Below, piece after piece: positions 1-9,560 of a stretch of DNA of 36,381 nucleotides. The DNA is from Octopus bimaculoides. Its lineage: Eukaryota. Where the stretch lies: positions 135,547,892 through 135,584,272 of the forward strand of contig NC_068982.1 of assembly GCF_001194135.2 (NCBI RefSeq), written 5' to 3'. The notes beneath the pieces were generated by a model. That model ran no database searches and was not told the origin of the DNA. It saw nothing but the letters and a program-made list of their open reading frames with translations. The first letter of the stretch is position 1. Each line of letters opens with the position of its first letter. Both the position numbers and the translations under genes were made by a program.

Positions 1-1
1 C

Positions 2-367
2 TACCAAAAACTGAGCAAATATAAAGATCTTGAAATAGAAATTAGCAAAATGTGGAACCTGAAGACTAAAACAATCCCTATTGTCATAGGTGCCCTGGGA
101 ATGACAGCGAAACGGGCTGATTACTACCTAGCTCAGATACCAGGGAACCCCAAAATGGCTGAAGTTCAAAAGATAGTGCTCATGGGAACTGCCCACATCC
201 TACGTAAAATACTGTCTATATGATCTCAAATTTTAAAACAAACACAATCCAAATATATGGTACCCTAGGCATAACACCTACATGAACTTCTAACTTGTTG
301 TTTCTTGAGGTCTCTGTGTGAGACTTGGATCCAACTTGTACAAATGCAAAGCAAAAGTCAAACATAA

Positions 368-396
<29 letters not shown>
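2..396 (+). mobile_element. 3' end of an R4/Dong-clade non-LTR retrotransposon: C-terminal restriction-like endonuclease region, 3' UTR and (TAA)n tail
   Basis: Frame 2 from base 2 reads YQKLSKYKDLEIEISKMWNLKTKTIPIVIGALGMTAKRADYYLAQIPGNPKMAEVQKIVLMGTAHILRKILSI* (TGA 221-223). The K..KY..L..E...W...P.VIGALG...GTA.ILRK.L pattern is the typical C-terminus of RLE-bearing R4/Dong ORFs. A ~145-nt UTR and a (TAA)n run at 368-396 follow. The element is cut by the window start. Confidence 0.85.
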
Positions 397-398
<2 letters not shown>

Positions 399-399
399 T

Positions 400-556
400 C
401 AACAACATCGAAAAATACCTTAGGAACGAGAACCCTGGTTCGAAATTTCCCCAAGACACCTGATGAAAGTTGGAGGGTATATCAGCCCAAACGTTGTGTT
501 AACAACAAACAAGATGAGGACAAATATCCGTCAAATGTAAATAATGTAAATAGTGT
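400..556 (+). mobile_element. Penelope-like terminal-repeat fragment (family P1, copy 1) with degenerate hammerhead motif
   Basis: Shares gacacctgatgaa..tggag....t.cagcc.aaacgttgtg.taacaacaaa.aagatgag.aca.atatccgtc.aatgtaaata with 10760-10861. The CTGANGA-stem-GAAAC signature is characteristic of PLE terminal repeats. PLE assignment is inferred from this motif. Confidence 0.65.
455..500 (+). ncRNA. Degenerate minimal type-I hammerhead ribozyme motif (G12>C)
   Basis: Stem I GACAC(455-459)/GTGTT(496-500); core CTGATGA 460-466; weakened stem II AGTTG/CAGCC; CAAA in place of GAAA at 488-491; palindromic ACGT stem III; GTT cleavage triplet. Confidence 0.55.
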
Positions 557-843
557 TTAAGTTGTTTCGCGTTGCATCCGCATTCCAAGCTATCGAAATC
601 ATTGTGATTTACGCAAATGGTTTAGTTTTAAAGCGAGACTAAATACAAATGTATAGCTATGACTCTGTATACATAAGTATACATAAATTATGTAGAATTG
701 GTAAACTAGTAATTAATTCAATGAGATTTTTATATCGAGCAGTACGATATGAGAACAAGAGAAGCAGTTAAATTTTGTAAGTTTCTGAAAGAGCAGCATA
801 GATATATTATTATATATATATATATATAGGATAACATCCTTAC

Positions 844-990
844 GAGTCTGATTTTAGGAGGCTCGCTTCGAGAGTTGCATTCTGTCGCGTTCGGCAAAAT
901 GTGTTTTTATTATGGTCCTTTTGACTTTAAGTGTCCCTCCTAGCGAGGCATTTATGTATAGTAATGCCCTTAATATAAATAGATATATTT
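844..990. repeat. Copy 1 of an unclassified ~147-bp direct repeat
   Basis: gagtctgattttagga.gctcgcttcgagagttgcattc...gcgttcgg.aaaatgtg...cctagcg..aggcat...atgcccttaatataaata is repeated at 1293-1440 (about 80% identity by eye). Confidence 0.85.
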
Positions 991-1292
991 ATAGGGAATA
1001 ATTAATAATTTTTTCCCTTATGAGGTTTTTTGTCACTAACTACTTGATGAATTCTTATAAAGATTTTATCCTATATTTAAATTGTAAATTTAACCAGAAT
1101 ATATTCAGTGCAGAATTTTATTTTAAACAAACACGTGTATCGAGATGCAATTCGAAAAGTCTGCCTCTTACATAGATATATAGGTATAAACAATTTCCAT
1201 TTTTGTTTATTTTTATATACCTTGACTGTACGTGTACTGGAAAGTAAAGAGTGCACTTGTGCACTAAATACGAAATCATATGATATACAGCT

Positions 1293-1440
1293 GAGTCTGA
1301 TTTTAGGAAGCTCGCTTCGAGAGTTGCATTCCCTTGCGTTCGGTAAAATGTGTTTATTGTGGTAGTTTTAACTTTAAGAGTCCTTCCTAGCGTGAGGCAT
1401 CTAAGTATATTTATGCCCTTAATATAAATAATATATATTC
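1293..1440. repeat. Copy 2 of the unclassified ~147-bp direct repeat
   Basis: Aligns end to end with 844-990; the flanking sequences are unrelated. Confidence 0.85.
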
Positions 1441-2664
1441 TAATTTATTTATGTCTCGTTTATAGTTCTGTGTGCTCCACCGATTTACGTGTCAAACACT
1501 AGTATGACAATGACATAACACTGTCCGACTACCTATAAAGATAGAAATTAACTACGCTTCGCATTATGAAATCACAAATTCTGGTCTATTCACTCCGTCG
1601 TCCCGTCTTTCCTGTTTTCTACATAAACTTGGAATTAATATTCATCAATACCACTTGGATTTCGATACAAGCTTACCATAGTGCAATATTAAAACAGGGT
1701 ATAAAACTAATATAGTAATTTGTGGATAAACTAAATCGTAATATAAATGGTTTCCTATAGCAAGTGTACAGGCGAGTTCAGCTTCTCATTTTTGATCAGA
1801 TTATCTAATCCTATAGCAGTACACTCTTTTATTATTTAGCTTTCTTTTACAATGTTTTCAGTAAATTTCTAATGACTAGGCTTCGAAGTCGTTACCGTTC
1901 GGCAATAAGCGAGTATTCAGCTCATAAACTTTAGTTATATCTTCATAACACCTAACACTTTCTGAAAAGTATTATTTTAACTATGGTGTAGAGTGGTGAT
2001 ATTCTCATGTTTTCTATCGTAACTGTTCTTGTTTTTTCAGATATTTGTATTTGTATCTATGTCTAATTCCATTAGTATTCACTCATGTTAAATACGTATG
2101 GACATGAGAAGAACGTCTGTAATACGACAGTGTTCTGCAAAACGTTTTATCGAAGCAATTACTTTATGTAATGAAATTCATTAGAATGATAGATGACGCT
2201 AATCAAGATGAAGAGTAGCGGTTTAAATCGTTAGTTACATAGAAATGTTCCCATCTTGGTGTAATGTGAAACGAAAAGAAGACATTTATATAGAAAGTAA
2301 TAAATCAAATCGTTAATATAAATAACGAAATATTCACAAATGCTGTCATCTAAAGGAATATACTAGAATCAGCATCAGACTTGAGTATGAAGCAAATGTT
2401 AGCCATATTCAGTAAACTTCATAACACAATATTTCTAACTTAATATCTGAAAGTATAAAACTTCCTTGCTTAACTATTTTGATGTTTTCAATTCCAGTTA
2501 AATACCTAAAATCCACAGGCATATTTTACAATTAAGACGAACCATTGGTTTCAAACAACTTGTATGAATGCATTAATGTTCGAATAGTTTTAAAAAAAGG
2601 CGTTGATAGATGCTATTAGTCTTCGTGGATGTTATAAATTAGGTATATTTTTGGTAGCATATTT

Positions 2665-3010
2665 TCAGAATGAGATAAAAATCCAAGGCTGTGAAAGATT
2701 TTAGAACATTTATAAAGAGAAGTTCTTACAGCTGTTTCCGGGATATTTTATATATCTCTTCATCGGAGAGGGTGTGAGAAGATGCTTAAGCAAAAGTTAT
2801 TCTAGATAAGATATGAAATAGAGAGTGAAGTGGAGGAATGAAAATAGACGTGAGATGTGCAGGGATATTGTATCTGCAGTTCCATTATTTAGGCAGAATG
2901 ATATACATATAAGATTCCAGTACCTTGTGAGTAAGTTCCAGTAGCATTTAAAATTGGTTATTCCCAGTATAGAGTTTGTACACTGTGTTATTGAATCGAG
3001 GGTTTTATTT
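2665..3010 (-). mobile_element. Penelope-like terminal-repeat fragment (family P2) with hammerhead motif and a palindromic junction at its 5' boundary
   Basis: Minus strand reads tct-CCGATGA-A-GAGATAT-ATAAA-ATATCCC-G-GAAAC-AGCT-GTA-aga (2769-2724). The upstream boundary is a perfect 52-bp palindrome, and inverted ends are typical of PLE insertions. The downstream boundary is approximate. Confidence 0.6.
2724..2769 (-). ncRNA. Minimal type-I hammerhead ribozyme motif (U4>C variant)
   Basis: Stem I TCT/AGA; core CCGATGA; stem II GAGATAT/ATATCCC with one mismatch; GAAAC; palindromic AGCT loop; GTA cleavage triplet. Confidence 0.65.
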
Positions 3011-3036
3011 AAATAAAACCCTCGATTCAATAACAC
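2985..3036. repeat. Perfect 52-bp palindrome
   Basis: gtgttattgaatcgagggttttattt|aaataaaaccctcgattcaataacac: 26-bp arms, no spacer, centre between 3010 and 3011. Confidence 0.95.
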
Positions 3037-3360
3037 CGGGCGTTGTGAGTGTTTATTGAGCGAAAACACCTAAAGCTTTATGAGGATCCGGCAGGGGATG
3101 GTGGCGATCCCTGTTGTACTCTTTCACCACAACTTTCTCTAATTCTTTCTTCCTGTTTCTGTTGTACCTGTATTTCAAAGGGACCAGCTTTGTCACACTC
3201 TGTGTCACGCTGAATCTCTCCAAGAACTACGTTAAGGGTACACGTGTCTGTGGAGTGCTCAGACACGTGCAAGATAATTTCACGAGCAGGCTGTTCCGTT
3301 GATCGGATCAACTGGAACCCTCGTCGTCGTAACCGACGGAGTGCTAACAAAAACAAAAAA
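3037..3360 (+). mobile_element. 5'-truncated SINE-like repeat (family D) ending in a (CAA)-like/A-rich tail
   Basis: GC-richer block cgggcgttgtgagtgtttattgagcgaaaacacctaaagc...tcgtcgtcgtaaccgacggagtgctaacaaaaacaaaaaa, recognised as an octopod interspersed repeat body. The tRNA-like head is absent. ORFs 3078-3356 and 3114-3302 lie inside it. Confidence 0.6.
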
Positions 3361-4589
3361 TATTTATAGTCTGTCAGTGGGCATTTATTGCAGTATTTGT
3401 CCTAAGATAATATTTCTTATGGCTATGCTATGCTAAAATCAGAATAAGAATCAGAAGAGGACAAAACTTTTCTGCAACAGAGGCCAGCAAAAACGTTTAT
3501 TGTTTTTCTGCTTTTCAGCCTTTTCAATAGCGTGTCCCCACAGCCAGCCACATACTCGGACGAGAATACCTCCACTCTCATATAGAAAGAGCGAATAAAA
3601 TTATTTTTGTTCATTCATTTGTAACGGCAACCCCATTATTATCAATTCCAACTGTCATGCCATTATTTTTTATTCGTTTCTTTACTTTTTTATTCATCTA
3701 TTTCAGTCCATAAATGCAACTACTTTCAAATCTTTCTATTTAATTTTTCCATTGTAATACGCCCCCACCGCCATCTGTCATTCTTTCCAATCAATAAACT
3801 TCCTTCATTTTCTCGTCTTCTTCTTACTCTCTTCTTACACCCTTGTCCTTTTTATCCTTTTTACTTTTCGTTTCTCCCTTCTTACTTTTCTTTCTTTCCT
3901 TTCTTTTACGCCCCCTTCGTTTTCCTCTTTCCTCTCTTTGTTCCATTTCCCCATCTCGCATCACATGTTCTCTCCACCATCATGCACTACGCGCGGAAAA
4001 CTCTATAAATATGAGCAAATCGCATTACTCTTTATCCATGACTTACCTAAAGGCCTTGAGCACCCACAGGTGTAGATCAGAGCGATAAGAAACTGACTGA
4101 AACAAAATTATATAATTTTAAGATGTATGCTGGTTTATGGTTTAAGCCGGTCGAATTAGATAGGAGTGCCCGTCGTATGCTGTAGACTATAAAGTTATTT
4201 ATTGAAACTAAAACTTCAGATTTTGTTTCGTAACATAAGTTTCACACCACGGCGAATTTATCGCGTGACAAACACTTTCAGTTTCCCTTGTAATTCTGTC
4301 CTAAGCGCATGCGTATATTTTTTCTATCTTTGAACAGAACTTACTGTAGCTATTAATATAAACTTTCTCACTCACAACCCCTCTGTGTTCTGAAAATGTA
4401 AGTTTCCCAAATAAAGTGTACTTCATATTCAAGGCTCTGATGAAGCTACGTATAGAAGGTTACTCAGGTACTCAACCAAGAGTCTGCCACATCCTATAGC
4501 AGAAAATGCTGTAGGCTAATGAAGCTCATTACATAGCATTTGTTCCTACTGCTATCTTCTTTTCATCCCTCTTTCGCTCTCTTTCTCTC

Positions 4590-4591
4590 TC

Positions 4592-4627
<36 letters not shown>

Positions 4628-4672
4628 TGTATGTATATGTATATATATATATATATATAGGTATATATATAT
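4590..4672. repeat. Compound (TA)/(TATG)n microsatellite
   Basis: Direct reading. Confidence 0.95.
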
Positions 4673-4689
4673 ATTTTTTTTTAGCATCG

Positions 4690-5040
4690 TTTTGTCTTGG
4701 GAGACAATGGTGTTGCGCATTCCTCTCCAGTTTTGCACAAGCCAGGGCTAGATGTAAGAAAATGCTGCGTAGCCCAATAGTCAGGATTCCTCTCTCGACC
4801 TTGTGACAAAGTCCAAAGGAGTATAGAGCATTACGTTTGACACCAACTTCATTGCAGGAACTGCTGGAAGAGTGTCGAGTCTAACACTAAACCGCCTACG
4901 GGGCTCCACTCAGGATTTCTTTGAAGATTGTCTCCTTTCCGTAACCCTGGATAGGGGGCCATACCGAATACTGTCAGCCGGAGTCAGCTGAACACCCGGT
5001 ACTCGTGTCAGGCAGGGTCGTCACTCCCTGAAGTAATGAA
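4690..5040 (+). mobile_element. Probable 5' UTR fragment of an RTE-clade LINE
   Basis: tgtcttgggagacaatgg start and aagtccaaaggag...acgtttgacaccaacttcattgcaggaactgctggaag resemble the gtttggcaccag...gcaggagttgccag motif recalled from RTE 5' regions. No ORF follows. Confidence 0.4.
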
Positions 5041-5056
5041 GAAAATTGCTACACAC

Positions 5057-5059
<3 letters not shown>

Positions 5060-5098
<39 letters not shown>

Positions 5099-5109
5099 CA
5101 TAAATATAC

Positions 5110-5175
<66 letters not shown>

Positions 5176-5265
5176 ATAAATGTATATGTATATATACATA
5201 TATACACTCACATCCACGCACGCACCCCCACACGCGAGCGTACACTCATACACGCACACACACAT
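5060..5265. repeat. (TA)n/(CA)n compound microsatellite
   Basis: Direct reading; source of the YIYI-type ORFs. Confidence 0.95.
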
Positions 5266-6313
5266 ATTTGAATCTGCACACTTTAAATGCACAATTAGAT
5301 GCCATCACATGATCTTCTCCGTGCATTATTCATTCTAAATACATTCCGTTGAATTTGCTTTTGTATAAATTTGAAATTCTTTTATTCTCGTTCAATCAAC
5401 TCTCTTATATCTGCTAGGAAAAAACTACGTTTTTTTTTTTTTTTCGTTTTTCATATTAAATCAGTCTGTCATAAAATCTCAAATTATGCGTTGAATATCA
5501 TTTCACGAAATAACTCCTGGGAGATTTTCAAATTAAATTTCGTAATTTTCAATGGAACATAAATCATTCTCAAGCAATACATCACCGTTACAAATATCAT
5601 GTAAAGTGATTGTTAGAGAGTGTGCTCTCCTGTGTAAACTAACTGTATCTGAGTAATAATTATGAAGTGTAATATATTGTAGTGTCTGAAAAAGAAATAC
5701 GAATAAAAGCAATTACTAATGTAATAAAAAACGCAGATATTTTTTTAATATTCATAATACTTAAAGCTACAAGTTGAGATTTTGTTCTGTACAGTTGTTC
5801 TCTTTAGGAAATGCGTCAGTGAAATTATATATGTGACAAAATAGATCAAATTAGATGTATCCGATTGGTTTATCTCCCAATAAAGCTTAGCCGTCCCTCG
5901 GAAGCGAGTGTGAACTGGTAGCACCTATCACAACTAGCGAAAATTAGCCCACCTTTGCTTCTTGTTTTAGGTGTCTAGGCAGACGTGATCATACATGGAG
6001 ACTCAAACGACCTTCCAACACTTGACCCAGCATTGCATGGAAGATGTGAGAGCGGGAAGGATGGAGAGTTGCTTAGCAGTCGGATGGTGCTTATTGTTCA
6101 TTTGAGTAGTTTACACCAACGTGAAGTGATGTACTTACCCAAGGAAAAAGTGCATCGCCTGGCCGTGTATCTTCACTTGATATTTGTACAAACGTTTTCC
6201 AGATACAAATGTTAAAACTCAGGAAACAGCACAAACATAACATAAAGCAACAAATACTACAACCACAAACTGAGTATTGATGTTATTGTAATCACACTCA
6301 GCACATTATGTAT

Positions 6314-6390
6314 GCAGAAACTTGGCTACGTAGCTAAGAGGGTCACTTCGTAAAGACATGTTTTCATGTACAGCTCCAGCCTGTGGCACG
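6314..6390 (+). mobile_element. Degenerate 5' head of SINE family A
   Basis: gcagaaacttggctacgtagctaagag...catgttttcatgtacagctccagcctgtggcac loosely aligns to the head of 7439-7838. Confidence 0.35.
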
Positions 6391-7185
6391 TAAGGAATGT
6401 GTCCTCCTTTCTCCTCCGGCGACTGGTGCCTCGTGTGTGAATTCAGGATACGTAACATGGGGAAAGCCCATCATACGCACAAAATGGCCACAACTCCAAT
6501 CCAAGTTGTGACGTATCTTGATTGTTCCCTTAAACATGATCAGAACTGATGTAGTTTTTCCGTCGAGTTAGGGACCTCTTGCAGTAGGTGTTGTTTTCGA
6601 GAACGCTAATATGGTATTTTGGTCTGCTTCTTAATGCCCATTCTTTTCCACATTCCCTGTAAATAGGGAAGCCGTACCATACATTGTTAACAACTACTCT
6701 GTGCGTGAGGCTTCAAATCTGATACCTAATCTGAATGAATGTAACAGATTGGACTTCGCTACAACAAAAGCTTAGTTATCTGTTGGTGGTGTTCAAACAG
6801 ATGGTGGATTGACACGACCACAAGACATTCGGTTCAACTTTGTAACGACACAAATTCTTAAATATATCTCCTTCTGTCTATATATATACTACCAAACAAA
6901 CATGATTTTTATTGAACTCATAATACTTTTTGTAGTCCCGTTCTGACTACTTTCCTTAATACTTTCTTGTAAACTGTTTTTAACATTTGCTTATTACTAT
7001 CAAAACAAGTACTTAACACAACAAAACTCACACAAAGCTTTACATTTTACTTTTGACAATTTTTTCTAAAAACGTGAAACCGGTCAATTGAATAAACATT
7101 TTTAAAATTGCATTTTCAATTTTCAAATATTCTTTCATATATATTTTCACTCGTGTAGTACCTTACAGCTTTACGTTGTTATATA

Positions 7186-7221
<36 letters not shown>

Positions 7222-7225
<4 letters not shown>

Positions 7226-7300
7226 TGCACAATCCTTTATCAGAATCCTTGGGGACAGATCTGTTCTAAACTTCGGATATTTTTAGGATTTCAGAAAGAA
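7222..7300 (+). mobile_element. One end of a pogo/Tigger-type (MER2-like) non-autonomous DNA element inserted in a TA run
   Basis: ta-ggtgcacaatcctttatcagaatccttggggacagatctgttctaaacttcggatatttttaggattt resembles the recalled MER2-type terminus CAGGTTGAGTATCCCTTATCCGAAATGCTTGGGACCAGAAGTGTTTCGGATTTCGG. No matching second terminus was found. Confidence 0.4.
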
Positions 7301-7438
7301 AGCAGCTATTGCAAATTGAACTAGACATCAAAACAGATGTCCAACTACGATAGCAAAAGCATATGTGTGCGTGCTCATAACCAGTGAGAAAAATAAAGAT
7401 TACAGTTTATTTATAGGCTATTATACTGGTATTTATAG

Positions 7439-7838
7439 AGAGGCGTGACTGTGTCGTAAGACGCTTGCCTCCCAACCACATGGTTCAGGATTCACTCCCA
7501 TTACGTCGCAACTTGGTCAAGTCTCTTCTGCTATAGCCTCGGGCCGACCAAAGCCTTGTGAGCGGTTTTGGTAGACGGAAACGGAAATAATCCTGTCGTA
7601 TATATGTATATATATGTATATATATGTATATGTTTATGTGCCTGTGTTTGTCCCCACACTTTTGCTTGACAACCGATTTTGGTGTGTTTACGTCCCCGTA
7701 ACATAGCGGTTCGGTAAAAAGTGGCCGATAGAATATGTATTAGGCTTACAATGAATAAGTCTTGGGGTTGATTGGTTCGACTAAAGATGGTACTCCAGCA
7801 TGGCCGCAGTAAAATGACTAAAAAAAAAAAGAATAAAG
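7439..7838 (+). mobile_element. Full-length tRNA-derived SINE family A (CORE-like domain, internal microsatellite, A-rich tail)
   Basis: Degenerate A/B boxes (gactgtgtcgtaag; ggttcaggattcactccc); cttggtcaagtctcttctgctatagcctc CORE-like segment; internal (TATATG)n; 3' half ending tgactaaaaaaaaaaagaataaag. Homologous to minus-strand copies at 25945, 28203 and 35677. Confidence 0.85.
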
Positions 7839-7878
7839 GAATATATACATATAAGCACACATATATCTGTCTATGTCT

Positions 7879-8166
7879 GACGCACTAAAAGCCTCACTGA
7901 AGAGCTTTGAATTCAACTCCAGCACCTGGGAGATGCAAGGGTAAGATCGCCTTGCTTGGCAAAGCTGTACCAACACAGATACCACACCATATGACCGGAA
8001 CAAGATTGCAGAGGCACGAAGGAATCCATGCAAGTCCGGAGCCAAATCCTTACCTTCAGTTCCAACAGACCACTATTGTTTGACTTGCGCCAGAGCCTTC
8101 CGAGGACACATCGGACTGACTGGCCATTGCCGAACCCACCATTCCCAATATTCCACCCCCATGTGA
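7879..8166 (+). mobile_element. C-terminal ORF remnant of an RTE (BovB-like) LINE with C2H2-type motif; pseudogenised
   Basis: Frame 1: DALKASLKSFEFNSSTWEMQG*DRLAWQSCTNTDTTPYDRNKIAEARRNPCKSGAKSLPSVPTDHYCLTCARAFRGHIGLTGHCRTHHSQYSTPM*. This matches the RTE pattern D.LK.SLK.F....TWE....DR..W...C..C.R.F...IGL..H.R.H, with one in-frame TAA at 7942-7944. Confidence 0.85.
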
Positions 8167-9099
8167 TGTGAGGAGAAAACCTATTTATTTCTGATAGTCG
8201 ACATGGATTATAAACAAATGATTAAAGGAGTTGCTGGATCTTGGATAGCATACTCTAACGTGTTCTTCCTTTTTAAATTTGTAAGGTGTTATTTGAGGTA
8301 TTTTCGTTGTTAATTCCTGTACGTTGCTCTCCGCGTAGATGTTATCTCTCTTGTAACAACAAAAATAAGAAAAATTTGTCGCTAAACTCATAAACAATCC
8401 CTTTACGTGCATCAATAACTGTGAAATTACAATAACAGATATGGATTTGCATTAATAACTCATGAAACTACATTTAAATGTTTATAATTTTCCCCTTTTT
8501 TGCAGCAAAAATTTAATTTAGAATATTAGATATTGGACCTACGAATAAATATGCAATTATATATTGTACTGAAAAACTGCAGAATAAAGCAATAAAGACA
8601 ATAAGCAATAAATCTTATATCACATTGTGCCATGCAATCATGAAATCCTGTATACTGACGGGATTTATTCCTTATAAATGTATGCTCATCTGTCAATGAC
8701 TTCATAGAGAATATACTATTACAAACTTCTCAGGAAATATAATTAATACTCAAAGTTTTAGTAAAAAAGTATAATATTGTTATAGGAATTTCAGACTACG
8801 AGTGATGTTTAATAGATTATTCTTGCTGCTATTGTTGGTCAACCATATTCCAGAAGTATTCAATTGTTTGAATTTGTGGGCTGGATTGAAGAATAAATTA
8901 AGTTTAAACCAGTTGAATGGAAATCATTTAACAAAAAATACATTTAGACATAGTAGTGGACTACCTAATATTTAACAAGATGTTGGCAAAGGATCTTTAT
9001 TCTAGAGGACTGTCCGTGAATACCTCTCGCTGAGAGATTTACAAATAGTAATCTTTTATTTTATAGACCACCAGTTGACACTTTGAAAACTATATATTT

Positions 9100-9560
9100 C
9101 GAACAGAAAGTTGGCAGCGCCACCTCTAGCCGAACAATTATTCTGTACTGATGACGGTAAATAACCCGGAAGTCGCGATACACAGATATCGTCTGGTAGC
9201 TGAGTGGGGTGCTAAATACCCTTGTTCGAATATATAAGGACACAGATCGTGTCGTATAGCCAGCTGGAGACGATGTCTCCTGGGGCTAAATTACAGCAAC
9301 ATTTATCCAAAACCAGGACTTCCATGTTATGTTGGTAAATAATCTTTCCTCTAAATTGCGTTTTGTGAGGCGGATAAGACAGTTATTATCCCCAAACCTA
9401 CTTAAATTGTTTTTCGAGTCCTAGGCATTTTCTTCGGCATCTGTAGCTTAAAGGTGACCGCGTTCACGACATTACTTCGAAAGAGACGCCGGTTCTTTAC
9501 AGGGAATCAACGTCAGCCATTTTGATACGAGGAGGCAAGTCGATTACTCCGATTCCAGTG
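9100..9560 (+). mobile_element. Probable interspersed repeat (family P3) carrying a degenerate hammerhead motif; PLE-like
   Basis: GC/CpG-richer block with sharp edges; HHR-like motif at 9143-9185; the segment acacagat(at)cgt just after the motif recurs at ~9240. Boundaries and class are uncertain. Confidence 0.4.
9143..9185 (+). ncRNA. Degenerate minimal type-I hammerhead motif (A15.1>G)
   Basis: ctgta-CTGATGA-CGGT-AAATA-ACCCG-GAAG-T-CGCG-A-TA-cacag: stem I CTGT/ACAG, intact CTGATGA, stem II, palindromic CGCG loop, ATA triplet. Confidence 0.5.

Noticed and set aside
745-800. MRTREAVKFCKFLK resembling a mariner N-terminus (EQR..IKFC)
   Set aside because: Too short, with no TIR or continuation.
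3078-3356. 92-aa minus ORF and overlapping 62-aa plus ORF
   Set aside because: Both lie wholly within a SINE-like repeat and have no protein motif.
4437-4470. CTGATGA followed by a weak CTA/TAG hairpin
   Set aside because: No GAAA or stem III, so it is not callable as a hammerhead.
4529-5312. ORFs rich in YI/YV/HT/CV repeats, also at 9610-10392, 13678-14841, 23444-23770, 24588-25668 and 27587-27888
   Set aside because: They are translations of microsatellites and N runs, not genes.
7439-7520. tRNA-like A/B boxes here and in the other SINE heads
   Set aside because: No cloverleaf can be completed and they continue into SINE bodies, so they are not tRNA genes.
8185-8415. YKFKKEEHVRV resembling Maverick/Polinton integrase KFK.GD.VRI
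   Set aside because: Single weak motif; the catalytic and downstream KGY..NW motifs are absent.
9100-9530. Housekeeping promoter interpretation (CCGGAAGT ETS site, TATATAAGG, YY1-like GCCATTTTG)
   Set aside because: The ETS match coincides with the mutated hammerhead GAAA, the block looks like a repeat, and the minus-strand ATG gives only MADVDSL*. Not excluded without CAGE/ATAC data.
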